Below are positions 1 to 12,952 of a stretch of DNA of 64,000 nucleotides, in pieces; positions within the stretch are counted from its first letter, which is position 1; each line of letters begins with the position of its first letter. A program made the position numbers and the translations under genes. Source of the stretch: Eledone cirrhosa. Its lineage: Eukaryota. Below the pieces are notes generated by a model. The model was not told the origin of the DNA, did no database searches, and saw only the letters and a program-made list of their open reading frames with translations. Location of the stretch: positions 187,302,001 to 187,366,000 of the forward strand of contig OZ024741.1 in the NCBI GenBank assembly GCA_964016885.1, given 5' to 3'.

Positions 1-221
1 ACATATTGTGTTTTAAAGAGCTCAGGATTCCTACTCCTTTGGCAGTATCGGTAGAGAGTCGAACGCCATGCATTCCAGCATAGTTCGATCCCACCGCTGG
101 GCACATTTTACCAGACCTGTCAACTTTCCCATTCCGACGGGGAGATCTCCCACCCACTTTGTGATGGGTGAGAGATGTCTTCTCTTGTGAAAATGGGTAT
201 AGCTTTCATTATGTAAAATCT

Positions 222-407
222 GGTGGATTGGCAGTATCGGTAGAGGGTCGGACGCCATGCTTTCCAGCTTAGTTACGTCCCTTTACGATCTGAGTTCAAA
301 TCCCGCCGAGGTTGACTTTGCCTTTCATCCTTACGGGGTCGATAAAATAAAGTACCAGTAATGCACTGGGTAATTGCTGGCGTTGTGCCTAAAGTAGAAA
401 CAATTAT
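222..407 (+). mobile_element. tRNA-derived SINE, family 1 (~185 bp), representative of ~20 copies
   Basis: A box TGGCAGTATCGG, B box GAGTTCAAATCC, central GCCTTTCATCC..GGGGTCGATAAAAT..AGTACCAG (resembles Meta/MESC-type SINE cores, unverified), family tail GGCCTTGTGCCAAAAGTAGAAACAATTATT. Other approximate copies: 3403-3593+, 5934-6126+, 7527-7710+, 8141-8320-, 10396-10581-, 10600-10768-, 10996-11185-, 11208-11413-, 14352-14540-, 15934-16119-, 17731-17920-, 17940-18155-, 21962-22148-, 24770-24990+, 30621-30805-, 35615-35800+, 52073-52252-, 63297-63484+. Confidence 0.92.
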
Positions 408-541
408 TTACAGGGAATAGCGAGAGTCTATGGCTCCGTTAATTTATGGGGAATACAATTTTACAATAGATTAGAAGTTCGACAAGGTATTTTCCTGGAG
501 TATTTAATATTATTCAAAATCTTAATTTTGAATAAGATTTG

Positions 542-607
<66 letters not shown>

Positions 608-1007
608 ATAATAATAAATTTGAAAACTAAAATCCAAAGAGGCCCCGATAAGGATAAATATATATCATATATATAAGAACCCTAGAGCAAAGATTTATTA
701 AAATAACAGATTAAAGTTTAAGCAAAGAATCGCTGCATTCAACCTTAACGGGATCTAAGTATTGAGTACTCTGGTCCGTTATGGTCGATCTGGTTCCTTA
801 CCACAATTCCTTTGTTATATATATATATAGGAAAAAGTAAGACCCCGACGGCAGAGCTCAAGCCGTTTCGACGGCTATTTCTAGACTCAGTCTAGAAATA
901 GCCATCGAAACGTTTTAAAATTCTTTTCCTATTAGCCACTCTACTACCCTAAGTATTGAATACTCTGGTGTGTTATGGTCCATCTGGTTCCTTACCACAA
1001 TTCCTTC

Positions 1008-1052
<45 letters not shown>

Positions 1053-1056
<4 letters not shown>

Positions 1057-1361
1057 GGAGGCTTAGTAAAATCGAATCTTTGACGGTGTGCAAGCAAATT
1101 CGACCTACGATATGAATGAGTAGGTCCTTAGAGTAAAAACATACGTTTAAATAGCTTGACAAATTGAACATTGTGGTAGGCAAAATCTAACACACAATAC
1201 CAAAGTAACGAAAGAACTAACAGGTTGAAAAAATACACCTGGACAAATCAAACGTTATACGTTTAAAGTGTTTCTATGAAATCGAAATCAAATATCAGAC
1301 TTACGTAACTGGCAAGCTCGTGGTATTCATGATCGAACAGAGGACTCATTTCATCAACAGG

Positions 1362-1364
<3 letters not shown>
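1053..1364. repeat. (TA)n-flanked dispersed repeat family C
   Basis: Reverse-complement copy at ~34265-34600, also between TA tracts. Confidence 0.75.
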
Positions 1365-1418
<54 letters not shown>

Positions 1419-1623
1419 AAAAAATAGAGGTGTAACAGATTATAGCAAACATCACGAGCGCTCTATCTCAAAATTATTTTTGAAAAGCATTAGAAATGCG
1501 CAACCGGGTAAAAACTTAAAACTAAAACTGAATACTAACCAATACTTATTACTAAGTTATACTTATTCCTAATTAAACTATTTTTCACTGGGAAAAATTT
1601 GTCAGCATTTTATTTTCCTTTTA

Positions 1624-1665
<42 letters not shown>

Positions 1666-2134
1666 TACGATTTTAGAAGCTACAACAATGCCAATAACAC
1701 ATTAAATACTAAAAATAATAATAATATAAGATTTGAAATATAAGCTTGCAGATGTTTCGTTGGTCTGTAATATTTCGGGAAACACCCCTTCATAAACAAA
1801 ATAAGGAACTAGGGAAGCATGTTAAATTTAACATCAGAGTTCCTATCACGACTAGGAAACGGACAACAGGTCGAGGACACTATAGATTAATAGAAGACTA
1901 GATCAGTCCAAATACACTATAACACTGTACCATGGTATCCAATATATTTCCGCCTGTCCATTAATACTAATATAAACACATACACATAGGCATTCATACA
2001 CAAAGCCACCCACCCCTACACACACATATACATATGTGTGTATGTGTGTGTGTGCAAGTGTGTATATATATATAAATATATAGGAACAAGTAAGACCCCG
2101 ACGGCTGAGCTCAAGCCGTTTCGACGGCTAATTC

Positions 2135-2218
<84 letters not shown>

Positions 2219-2423
2219 TATCCACGGTAAGTTGTGGGGTCTAGTCTGCATGAAGAACTCAATGTAATCCGTATGTTGAAAATGTTGTAGGTTAAAATAA
2301 ATCCCGGAAAACAATAAAACATTAAAAGGAAAACAGAGTCATGATATATGTTAAAACAATGAAATAAAAAATCAAGTTATTAGAAATATACTTCACTGCT
2401 TTACGATTGGTTTCTAGATGATG

Positions 2424-2672
2424 ATGATAATACATCGTAACTATACCTCGTTATCGATCTATGTAAGGTTAGTTACAAAATATCAAATAAGGAGAATATT
2501 TACTTACATGCATATCACCAGCTATTAGTTCTTCAACTACCTCCAAATAAGGTTATTATTACTTTTGACAACAGCTGGCGATATGCATGTAAGTAAATAT
2601 TCTCCTTATTTGATATTTTGTAACTATCCTTACATAGATCGATAACGAAGTATAGTTACGATGTATTATCAT
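2424..2672. repeat. Inverted repeat (~100-bp arms, ~45-bp spacer) beside (TA)n
   Basis: 2424-2525 pairs with 2572-2672. Confidence 0.85.
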
Positions 2673-2691
2673 ATATATAATACGATGTATT

Positions 2692-2772
<81 letters not shown>

Positions 2773-3236
2773 GTATGTATATATATATATATATTTGCAT
2801 GTGTATGTATATGCACGAGGGCATAGAAATAATCGGGCTTGATACCTGATCACGCGGTTAAAACACTTGGAGTGAAGGACCCCTAGCCCTTTTCAGGGCA
2901 TTCTTCTAGGAGAAGGCAACTCAGGAAACTGGGATAACTCCGATATAAAACCTGCGACTCAGTAGTTACCGATGATGTTAATCTTTTCTTCTTTTCGGGT
3001 TATAGCTACTGTCGCTCAGAGAGTGGGATTGGCTCAGTGCACAGTCTTTCCTCACTTTAAAAAAAATCTTCACGCACAGACATTGCACGATAGAATTAAA
3101 TAATTATTAATAATGCTATATCAGGCAGCCAACATGTATGCAAGTATGTTTGTATGTATGCATTTGTTTATGTATGTTTCTATGATTTTCATTAAGCAGG
3201 GCTAACTAGGGTTGACATACACACATAAATACATAT

Positions 3237-3290
<54 letters not shown>

Positions 3291-3852
3291 TTTCCAACGG
3301 CAACATTTATATATACACTTACATATATACACTCTCTCACACACATACACTCATACACATACACATACACACACATCCGTGCATATTATCGATGATAACG
3401 ACGGTGGATTGGCAGTATCGGTAGAGGGTCGGACGCCATGCTATCCAGCATAGAGTTACGTCCCTTTACGATCTGAGTTCAAATCCCGCCGAGGTTGACT
3501 TTGCCTTTCATCCTTACGGGGGTCGATAAAATAAAGTACCAGTAATGTACTGGGATAATTGATGGCCTTGTGCCTAAAGTAGAAACAATTATTGCTGATA
3601 ACGACGTTGATGATGATGAAGACAAAGATGTTGATGATGATGATCATTGCTGTCAATACTACTACTACTACTACTACTACTACTATCACTGCTACTAGTA
3701 CTACTATTACTGATGATGATGATGATGATGATGATCTTGATGAACATACTATCCACCACCATTTACCCTCCTGTAATCATTTTTCACCTTAATTGGTCTT
3801 CGACTTCCGGTATTTCAATGCTTGCCACTGATCCTCAACTGTTTCATACATA

Positions 3853-3889
<37 letters not shown>

Positions 3890-3892
3890 GCA

Positions 3893-3930
<38 letters not shown>

Positions 3931-4175
3931 TTCACACTCACACACACACATTTATTCACAAACGCGCGCTCACATACAAGGACTCACGAACACTACATAT
4001 ACATACATACACATACACTACATATACACTACATATACATACATACACATACATTACATATACATACATGCATACATATATAGAGAGGCATACGCACAGA
4101 TGTACTAACACACCTATATACAGGTACAGATATACCGATGTTTATACATAAAAACACATATATCTATACACACAC

Positions 4176-4221
<46 letters not shown>

Positions 4222-4413
4222 ATATATATAAACATATGCACATACTCGTAGATACATGTACATACATTCAGGTGAATTAATACTTAAGCTGATTATAATT
4301 AGGTTTATCTAATCAGTTAACAAAATGATAAAACTGCATCGGTTTAGTCATGTTTGTTAATACAACAACAACACCATCGGCAGTAACAGCAGCAGCAGTA
4401 GCAGCAGCAGTAA

Positions 4414-4446
<33 letters not shown>

Positions 4447-4648
4447 CAGTAGTAGTAGTAGTAGTAGTAGTAGTGATGGTGGTGGTGGTGGTAATAGTAA
4501 TAGTAGTACGATTTGCAGTATTTAGTTACAGCCCTTTAGATTCTGAGTTCAAATCCTGTCTTTCACTCTTTCGTGGTCGATAAAATACGTCATTTATTAG
4601 GGTAGACAAAGGGAGGGTTCATTTGTAAGACACGGTAGGCGGTGTGGT

Positions 4649-4719
<71 letters not shown>

Positions 4720-4934
4720 GGAGTAAGTAAGACCCCGTCGGCTGAGCTCAGAATTAGCCGTCGAAACGGCTTGAGCTCAGCCGTCGGGGTCTTACTTACT
4801 CCTATTACCCACTCTACTACCCTAAGTATTGAGTACTTTGGTGCGTTATGGTCCACCTCGTTCCTTACCACTTCTCCTTCGCTATATATATATATATATA
4901 TTTGAAAATGTGTGAGATCCTTGGTACAGTTAGG

Positions 4935-5310
4935 TATATTTGAAAAAAAGGAAAAGAATGACTTCACTTGTAGTTCTAAACAATTTGATTTAATTTTATA
5001 AAATTATAATATTATGAGTTGGTAGATCTAGAATTTTAAAGATTCCTGGTTAACTTTCTTGGAGAACTTTCTCGCATTTGTCGGTCGCGGTGGCTATTGT
5101 CAAAATGAGACCAGTTTGACAATCGCCACCACGACCGACGAATGCGAGAAAGTTCTCCAAGAATGTTAACCAGGAATCTTTAAAATACTTCCCACCGAAA
5201 TTAACAAAGAACTTACTAGATCTACCAACTCATAATATTATAATATAAAATTAAATCAAATTATTTAGAACTCCAAGTGAAGTCATTCTTTTCTCTTTTT
5301 TCAAATATAT
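4935..5310. repeat. Fold-back palindrome centred near 5108
   Basis: Arms of ~170-200 bp with one ~30-bp indel. Confidence 0.85.
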
Positions 5311-5514
5311 ATATTGTTATAGTTGGAGAGAGTCATATTGTTGTGATACTATTGCCAGAAATAATAACAGAACACACTCACTGTTTGGTTGGTTTTCGCT
5401 TCTGCATCTTTTATATCTCCATAGTTAATTTATTTGGCCATCAATGTTTATCATTGATGACCAAATAAGTTAACTATGTTTCGATACACGATTTCATATC
5501 AAAAACCTCACAAG

Positions 5515-5556
<42 letters not shown>

Positions 5557-5707
5557 AATCAATTTCTAGTTGATATATATATATATCTATATATATATCT
5601 ATATATCAACTAGAATATATATATATATATATATAAAATATACATATGAAACAATCACAGTGGATATGGCGCATGTCTCTCAGACATCACACCCTTAATT
5701 TAATTTT

Positions 5708-5764
<57 letters not shown>

Positions 5765-5933
5765 TTGCGAGGGTTTTTTTTATATGAAATCGTGTGTCGA
5801 AACATAGTTAACTCATTTGGTCATCAATGATAAACATTGATGGCCAAATGAATTAACTATGGAGATATAAAAGATTCAGAAGCGAAAACCAACCAAACAG
5901 TGAGTGTGTTCTGTTATTATTTCTGGCAATAAT

Positions 5934-6126
5934 GGCCAGTGGATTGGCAATATCGGTAGAGGGTCGGACGCCATGCTTTGACGCATAGAGTTACGGCCCT
6001 TGCCATTCTGAGTTCAAATCCCGCCGAGGTTAACTTTGCCTTTCACCCTTATGGGGTCGATAAAATAAAGTACCAGTAATACACTGGCTAATTCCTGGCC
6101 TTGTGCCGAAAGTAGAAACAATTATT
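5934..6126 (+). mobile_element. SINE family 1 with 18-bp TSD
   Basis: TSD ATTATTTCTGGCAATAAT at 5916-5933 and 6121-6138. The empty site is visible in the inverted partner arm near 5340-5370. Confidence 0.9.
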
Positions 6127-6263
6127 TCTGGCAATAATATCACAACAATATCACTCTCCCCAACTATAACAATATATATATTTGAAAAAAGAGAAAAGAA
6201 TGACTTCACTTGTAGTTCGAAAGATGAAGGTAATGACAGTTTGGTTCCATTGTGTCCGGACCT

Positions 6264-6326
<63 letters not shown>

Positions 6327-6329
<3 letters not shown>

Positions 6330-6800
6330 GTCATGTTGCCAATAAGAAACACACGCACCAGTTAATTTCGCTTCAATTTATTATAATAAATTTATAAATT
6401 TAGGAATTTATAAATTTGCGGTTGGTTGGTTGGTTCTACAACCAGATGATTGTTTATATATTGTCAAAGTTATTTCGTCACACATTCTGTGACCTCTTCA
6501 GTGACAGGTGTTCTTTTCTTTGTTTTTGTGCCTCTCCTTTGTTCTGTCCTACGCCATCTTGACGTAGATGACATAGGACAGAACAAAGGAGAGGCACAAA
6601 AACAAAGAAAAGAATCCCCAGTCACTGAAGAGGTCACAGAATGTGTGACGAAATAACTTTGACAATATATAAACAATCATCTGGTTGTAGAACCAACCAA
6701 CCAACCGCAAATTTATAAATTCCTAAATTTATAAATTTATTATGATAAATTGAAGTGAAAGCAACTGGTGCGTGTGTTTCTTATTGGCAACATGACCCTC
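6327..6800. mobile_element. ~475-bp near-perfect palindrome, Penelope-like inverted pLTR pair
   Basis: Centre near 6563, flanked by (TA)n. Each arm carries a hammerhead-like core. Confidence 0.8.
6621..6663 (+). ncRNA. Minimal type I hammerhead ribozyme-like motif (mirror copy 6463-6505, minus strand)
   Basis: GTCA-CTGAAGA-G-GTCACA(GAATG)TGTGAC-GAAA-TAAC-TT-TGAC. Stems I and II pair, stem III is weak. Confidence 0.55.
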
Positions 6801-6809
6801 CCAAAGTAT

Positions 6810-6878
<69 letters not shown>

Positions 6879-7082
6879 AGGATGGATATATATACCAACG
6901 AAGGAGTTGTGGTAAGGAACCAGATGGACCATAACGCACCAGAGTACTCAATACTTAGGGTAGTAGAGTGGGTAATAGGAAAATGTATGACCCCGACGGA
7001 AGAGCTCAAGCCGTTTCGACGGCTATTTCTGGACAGAAATAGCCGTAGAAACGGCTTGAGCTCTGCCGTCGGGGTCATACAT

Positions 7083-7130
<48 letters not shown>

Positions 7131-8364
7131 CAGGTCCGAACACAATGGAACCAAACTGTCATTGCCTTCGTCTTTCCCACTCTCTCCATCTCTCACTATT
7201 GCGAGCAAATGGAGACCCCCGCACTGGCGTCCCGGGCGATAGAGAAGGCGTTTCCCTTGAGGGTGGTGATGGGGATGTGTGCTGGTAGCCAAATCTGCCG
7301 GTGGTGGTGAATAGGGAGGTGGTCCTGGGGCCAAGGACTCCAGAATCGATTTTGCCCTCGCACAAAAATGGCTGTCCTTGAGCATAAATTAGATATCATT
7401 GTTAAATTTAACTATTTAGTCCCTGGGATATAAAGATATGAGATGGCACTGCTGGGACAACTTTGATCATAGTTCGGCTTGATTATGGCTAATCCGGACT
7501 AAAAGAAATAAACCATCGTTATCAATATTAGCAGTATCGGTAGAGGGTCTGACGCCATGCTTTGCAGCATAGATTTACGTCCCTTTACGGTGTGAGTTCA
7601 AATCCCGCCGAGGTTAACTTTACCTTTCATCCTTACGGAGTCGATAAAATAAAGTACCAGTAATGCAGTGGGATAATTGTTGGCCTTGTGCCAAAGGTAG
7701 AAACAATTGTGACCACCACCACAAATAACCGCCGCTACAACTCCTCTCATACACGACATGTGTCCTCATAGGTAGACATTAGGTACGTGACATACATGAC
7801 AAGACCATGTACGGTTTTGTTTGACATGTGCTGCCTAGTGTAGCTTATAGAGTACTGTATGATAAGGTGGTGGTGGTGGTGAGATAGGTGGGGTTATAGG
7901 TGGAGTACTGTATGATAAGGTGGTTGTGGCGACGTAGGGGTCATGATTTCATAAATAAATCCTTTGTTTTGCAAATAACATATGAAATACATTTTTTAAA
8001 GAAATGATACCAATTATTCAGAAGTAGTAATAAAGAACAGGCGGGGAGAAGAATAACAGAATAGGCGTAGTGAATAACAGAATAGCAGAACAAGTGTAAA
8101 GAATAACAAATCGTGCGTAAAGAATAACGGAACGAATGTTAATAATTGTTTCTACTTTTGGCACAAGGCCAGCAATTATCCCAGGCATTACTGGTACTTT
8201 ATTTTATCAACCCCGCAAGGATGAAAAGCAAAGTTAACCTCTGCGGGATTTGAACTCAGAACGTAAAGGGCCATAACTCTATGCTACAAACATGGCGTCC
8301 AACGCTCTACCGATTCTGCCTAATAAACGTAAATAAGGCGGGGGCCCAAGCCATAGGTATATTT

Positions 8365-8640
8365 TAAAGATTATGCCAACATCATTTGGGCAATGCAATA
8401 CTGATAGAATATTTTCCACATCATGCAGATAATGTAGCGCTCATGGCGGCATTGGAGAGAGTAGAGTTTGAGCTCTTTTAGTCAACCCGAATAGTCAAGG
8501 CCTGTCATGCCGTATACCTTTTTTGTGATTGATCTTTCAATCTTCATGATACTTTGTTTCGTGTGAGGAGACCTCAGTTGACAATAGTATTCAAGGTTAT
8601 GCCAGGCAAAAGTAGAGAAGAGAAAGTTAACGGTGAGGAT
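8365..8640 (-). pseudogene. CR1/L2-type LINE ORF2 C-terminal fragment
   Basis: LEYYCQLRSPHTKQSIMKIER..GMTGLDYSG*LKELKLYSLQCRHERYIICMMWKI. Confidence 0.75.
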
Positions 8641-8777
8641 CTCCCTCGACTGGAAAGTTCTGAGAATCCAGTGGACGTAAAGAAGAGGAAAGAACGAAAG
8701 AATGGATCTCCAGTAGTTTCGAGATGAGTGTTTCGGTTGTTTGATCAACAGAACAACCTTCTCAAGAAATTAACGTG

Positions 8778-8953
8778 CAAGTAGCCGACACGTGTACCTT
8801 TATTGTAGTTGTCAGGGAGATTGAGTATGACAAGTAGCCGACATGTGAACCTTTATTGTATTTTCTAAGGGAGACTCAGCATGACATGTAGCCGACATGT
8901 GTAGCCTTATTGTAGTTCTAATGGAGATTGAGTATGACAAGTGGCCGACATGT
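8778..8953. repeat. Minisatellite, ~53-bp units, 3-4 copies
   Basis: CAAGTAGCCGACATGTG..CCTTTATTGTA..GGAGATTGAGTATGA repeated. Confidence 0.8.
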
Positions 8954-8955
8954 GA

Positions 8956-9168
8956 AGGCGCGTGGCTGAGTGGGTAGCGAATAGGATTCACAATCGTGAG
9001 ATTGTGAGTTCGATTCCTGGACCGGTTGATGCGTTATGTCCTTGAGCAAGACACTTTATTTCACATTGCTCCTTCTACCTGGAGTTGCGACCGATAGATA
9101 GTATTAGCAACTGGAAAGACCAATGGAAACATTGTTTCCTCGGCCCGATTCGACGAAAGTCAATCGAC
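8956..9168 (+). mobile_element. tRNA-derived SINE family 2 (V-SINE-like core)
   Basis: A box TGGCTGAGTGG, B box GAGTTCGATTCC, core TGTCCTTGAGCAAGACACTT. Second copy inverted at ~18521-18731. Confidence 0.8.
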
Positions 9169-9727
9169 TCCTGCATGTGTACCCTTAATCTAGTTCTCAG
9201 GGAGACTGAGCATGATAAAATATGTGTCAGATATAACATATTTTGTCTACTCAACTTCAGGTATAACATTTTCCTTCTACCCTGTTTTACACACAAAGAT
9301 ACGATCGACCCAAAACTATGGTAAATGATCCTTGGCCATTGATGCCACGCAAGAGGATTGAACCCGGTACCTAATGATATCGAAGTGAACTTCTTAACCG
9401 TCTAGCCAAGCTGCTACCACTAAAGAAGAACAGACGTAAATAAAAAACAAGGAAATGTAAAGAAGAGGAAGGAAGACAAGGACGGCAAGAGTAGGAAGGG
9501 AGAAGTGGTAGATAAGAATAAGGACAAAATGTTGAATCGTGGTTTGGACGAAATAAAAGGTGTCAATGGCAATCCATTGTTCAATGAATTTAGGTGAGTT
9601 TCCTATAACTATATGTTTTCTACTTTAATTTAGTTTGTGAACAAACATTGTCCTGAATAAAACCTGTTTTTACAGAGATTTGGGTGTGATAAGAATAGAC
9701 GACACGACACTTTTATGTCCGTTTGTT

Positions 9728-9792
<65 letters not shown>

Positions 9793-10002
9793 CGCTCTCT
9801 CTCTCACACTTTCACTCTCTCAGTTTCTCTCTCTCTTGCTCTCGGTCTCTCTCTCGCTCGCTCTCTCTGTCACTCTCTCACTCTCTCACTCTCTCACTCT
9901 CTCAGGTTTCTCTCTCTCTCTTGCTCTCGCTCTCTCTCGTTCTCTCTCTCGCTCTCTCTCGCTCTCGCTCTCTCTCGCTCTCACTCTCTCTCTCTATCTC
10001 TA

Positions 10003-10086
<84 letters not shown>

Positions 10087-10162
10087 CGTGTGTGTGTGTG
10101 TCTGTTTGAGTGTGTGGCTGTGCATATGTGTGTGGTGCTTCTGAGTATGTCACTACATGTGT

Positions 10163-10213
<51 letters not shown>

Positions 10214-10395
10214 TATATCACTCTGCGTGTGTGTATGTGTATATGAGTGTGCCCGTCTATGTGTATCTGTGAGTACGTGTGTGGTTGTGCCCGTCTACGT
10301 GTATCTGTGAGTATGTGTTCTAAAGTGACGACAACAACATTTACAACATCACCACCAGCCAAAGAAGGAGCTACTATGTAGTCATCCAGCCTACT

Positions 10396-11413
10396 AATAA
10401 TTGTTTCTACTTTTGGCACAAGGCCAGCAATTAATCAGTGCATTACTGGTACTTTATTTTATCGACCCCATAAGGATGAAAGGCAAAGTTAACCTCGGCG
10501 GGATTTGAAATCAGATCATAAAGGGAGGTAACTCTATGTTTCAAAGCATGGCGTCCGACACTTACCGATACTGCCAATCCATTTTTTTGGGGGGGGGGGG
10601 GGGTCGATTAAATAGACCCCAGTGCGTGACTTGACTGGTAGTTTATTTTATCGACCCCGTAATGATGAAAAGCAAAGTTAACCTCGGCGGGATTTGAACT
10701 CAGATCACAAAGGGCCGTAACTCTATGCTGCAAAGTATTTCGTCCGGCCCTCTACCGATACTGCCAACTAATAATAGAGAAATGACAGAATGACAGTCAA
10801 ATCTTCTCCGAATTAAAACGGCTTGGAAACAAAGAGAGCATTCGGTAACATGGCCCTGAGTTATAATGTGTCTTGGACAATGACTAGACGATCGCAGACA
10901 TTCTGAAGGTCACCATCCAGGACTTCTGGAAGAACAGAGGTGTCCTGAAGCTAGACACTAACGTACATTTTTACTACTGCTACTAATCATAATAATAATT
11001 GTTTCTACTTTTGGCACAAGGCCAGCAATTGCCCAGTGCATTACAGGCACTTTTATTTTATCGACCCCGTAAGGATGAAAGGCAAAGTTAACCTCGGCGG
11101 GATTTGAACTCAGAATGGCAAGGGCCGTAACTCTATGCGTCAAAGCATGGCGTCCGATACTCTACCGATACTACAAATTCACCGCCCTAATCATAATAAT
11201 AATGATGATGGTTTCTGATTTAAGCACAAGGCCAACAATTTTATGGGAGGGAAAAATCGATTAAATCGACCCTAGTGCATTACTGGTGTTATATTTTATT
11301 GACCCCGTAAGGATAAAAGACAAAGCTAACCTCGGCGGCATTTGAACTCAGACCGTAAAAGGCCATAACTCTATGCTACAAAGCATGGCGCCCGACCCTC
11401 TACCAATCCACCG
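10396..11413 (-). mobile_element. Cluster of four co-oriented SINE family 1 copies
   Basis: Four reverse-complement copies. Two are of a longer subfamily with an extra GTCGATTTAATCGAC-type hairpin. Confidence 0.88.
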
Positions 11414-11430
11414 CTTATGATAATAATAAT

Positions 11431-12385
11431 GTTTTCTTTGGCCACAAGGGCCGTCATATAGGGGACAATACAATGGACAGGAACAGTGGGGTTTTACATT
11501 TAAATCGTGTAAAAATAATGTATATAAACAATAACAATAAATATTAAAAATACGAACAACAAAATTCGCAAGTAGGGAGAGAACCACCCAGGGGCGACTC
11601 AAGTACCCTACCCTGAATCACGCCTCTCATCCTCAAATCAACCAGCTCACAGGCCTTTCTTACAACATTCACCCACCTTTTAGCAAACTTTTGATTGTTT
11701 TAAATTAATCAGAGTCCCAAGAAGCCAGGTTTACTCACTATCCTCTCTACGATGTATCGCATGAGGCAGAGGTTATCGGGTATGGACCTGGTAGGGATTG
11801 CGCAATTTTGCGCCTTCCCTACCAGACCCACGACGACAAGCGCTAACCTCTTCGCTAACACCTTGGCCAAAATCTTAAACTTTGATTTCAACAGAGTTAT
11901 GGGCATGAAATTATCTACAGTATCCCTCTTGTCCTCGTCTTTAGCGTTACTATGCCCCGACTCACAGACCTAGGAATACTCCCGTTTAGCTATCAGTTGC
12001 AGTAGACCGCTTCGAAGAGAACAGAGAACCAGTCTGATGTTTCTACGTAAAACTCGTAGGGAAGACCATCCAAACCGGGTGACTAGCGCCACATACAACC
12101 GGCCAGGGCATCCTGAATCTCGTCTGACGTTATCGGCCTTCCGAAGCACTCGGCATCGGCTGGAGAAAGTCACGGGAGGCAGTCAAGGTAGGAACTGAAG
12201 TTTACCACCATCCCCGAGCCCCCGCCCTCCCCGAACAGTCAAACAAAGTGCGGGCGAAAGGCCGTACACATCTGTCTGGAATCGTTCAGCAGACGTTCGT
12301 CTGAGTCCGTCAAAGACCGAATTGTGGTTTTGTTACCATACTGCGCTTCCACCACACGGGCCCATTAAGCAGCTTTCGTTCCCTG
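11431..12385 (-). mobile_element. Older Tx1-family fragment (RT part, ORF2 C-terminus, 3'UTR), internally deleted
   Basis: Translates to PITLLKSKFKILAKVLAKRLALVV..AQNCAIP..IPDNLCLMRYIVER, homologous to ORF2 above. 3' end GGCCCTTGTGGCCAAAGAAAAC followed by (ATT)n. Confidence 0.88.
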
Positions 12386-12651
12386 ATAAATGGGAAAGCT
12401 TAAATGTATTTGGATTTGTTCTGGAACGTTCCAAGTTCAAATGCTGGGATCCATTATTTGTTTTTCAATTATATAATGACAACCATTGCAGTAAATGACT
12501 AAGAAGTCATTCGCAACTATGTTCTTCAGGTTTCTTCCAACTGTGAAATATCTTGGGAACATGACGTCTCCCATAGACATAGGCTGGCCAAAGCTTTGTG
12601 AGTGAAATTTAGTAGACAAAAACTGTGTGGAAGTCCGATGGAGAGAAGTTG

Positions 12652-12950
12652 TCAATCAGTTTAATACCACCACTAGCCTGTTGAGTGCCTCCGTCGGAGA
12701 GACAGCTATCTGGTAGGAGGGGGTGATAGACGCAGTCACCAGTTTAACACTACCACTAGCCTGTTGAGTGCCTCTGTCGGAGAGACAGTTATCTGGTAGG
12801 GGGGGGGGGGGTGATAGACATAGTCAACCAGTTTAACACTACCACTAGCCCGTTGAGTGCCTCTGTCGGAGAGAAAGTTATATGGTAGGGGGGCGTGGGG
12901 GTGATAGACGTAGTCAACCAGTTTAACACTACCACTAGCCCGTCGAGTAC
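12652..12950. repeat. Minisatellite, ~4 units of ~80-90 bp
   Basis: CAGTTTAACACTACCACTAGCCYGTTGAGTGCCTCTGTCGGAGAGA repeated. Confidence 0.9.
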
Positions 12951-12952
12951 CT

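Noticed and set aside
7128-7385. GC-rich minus-strand ORF with a PPPY motif
   Set aside because: No clear splice sites or homology. It runs into (TA)n and its end is duplicated inverted at 6219-6267, so it is more likely repeat-derived.
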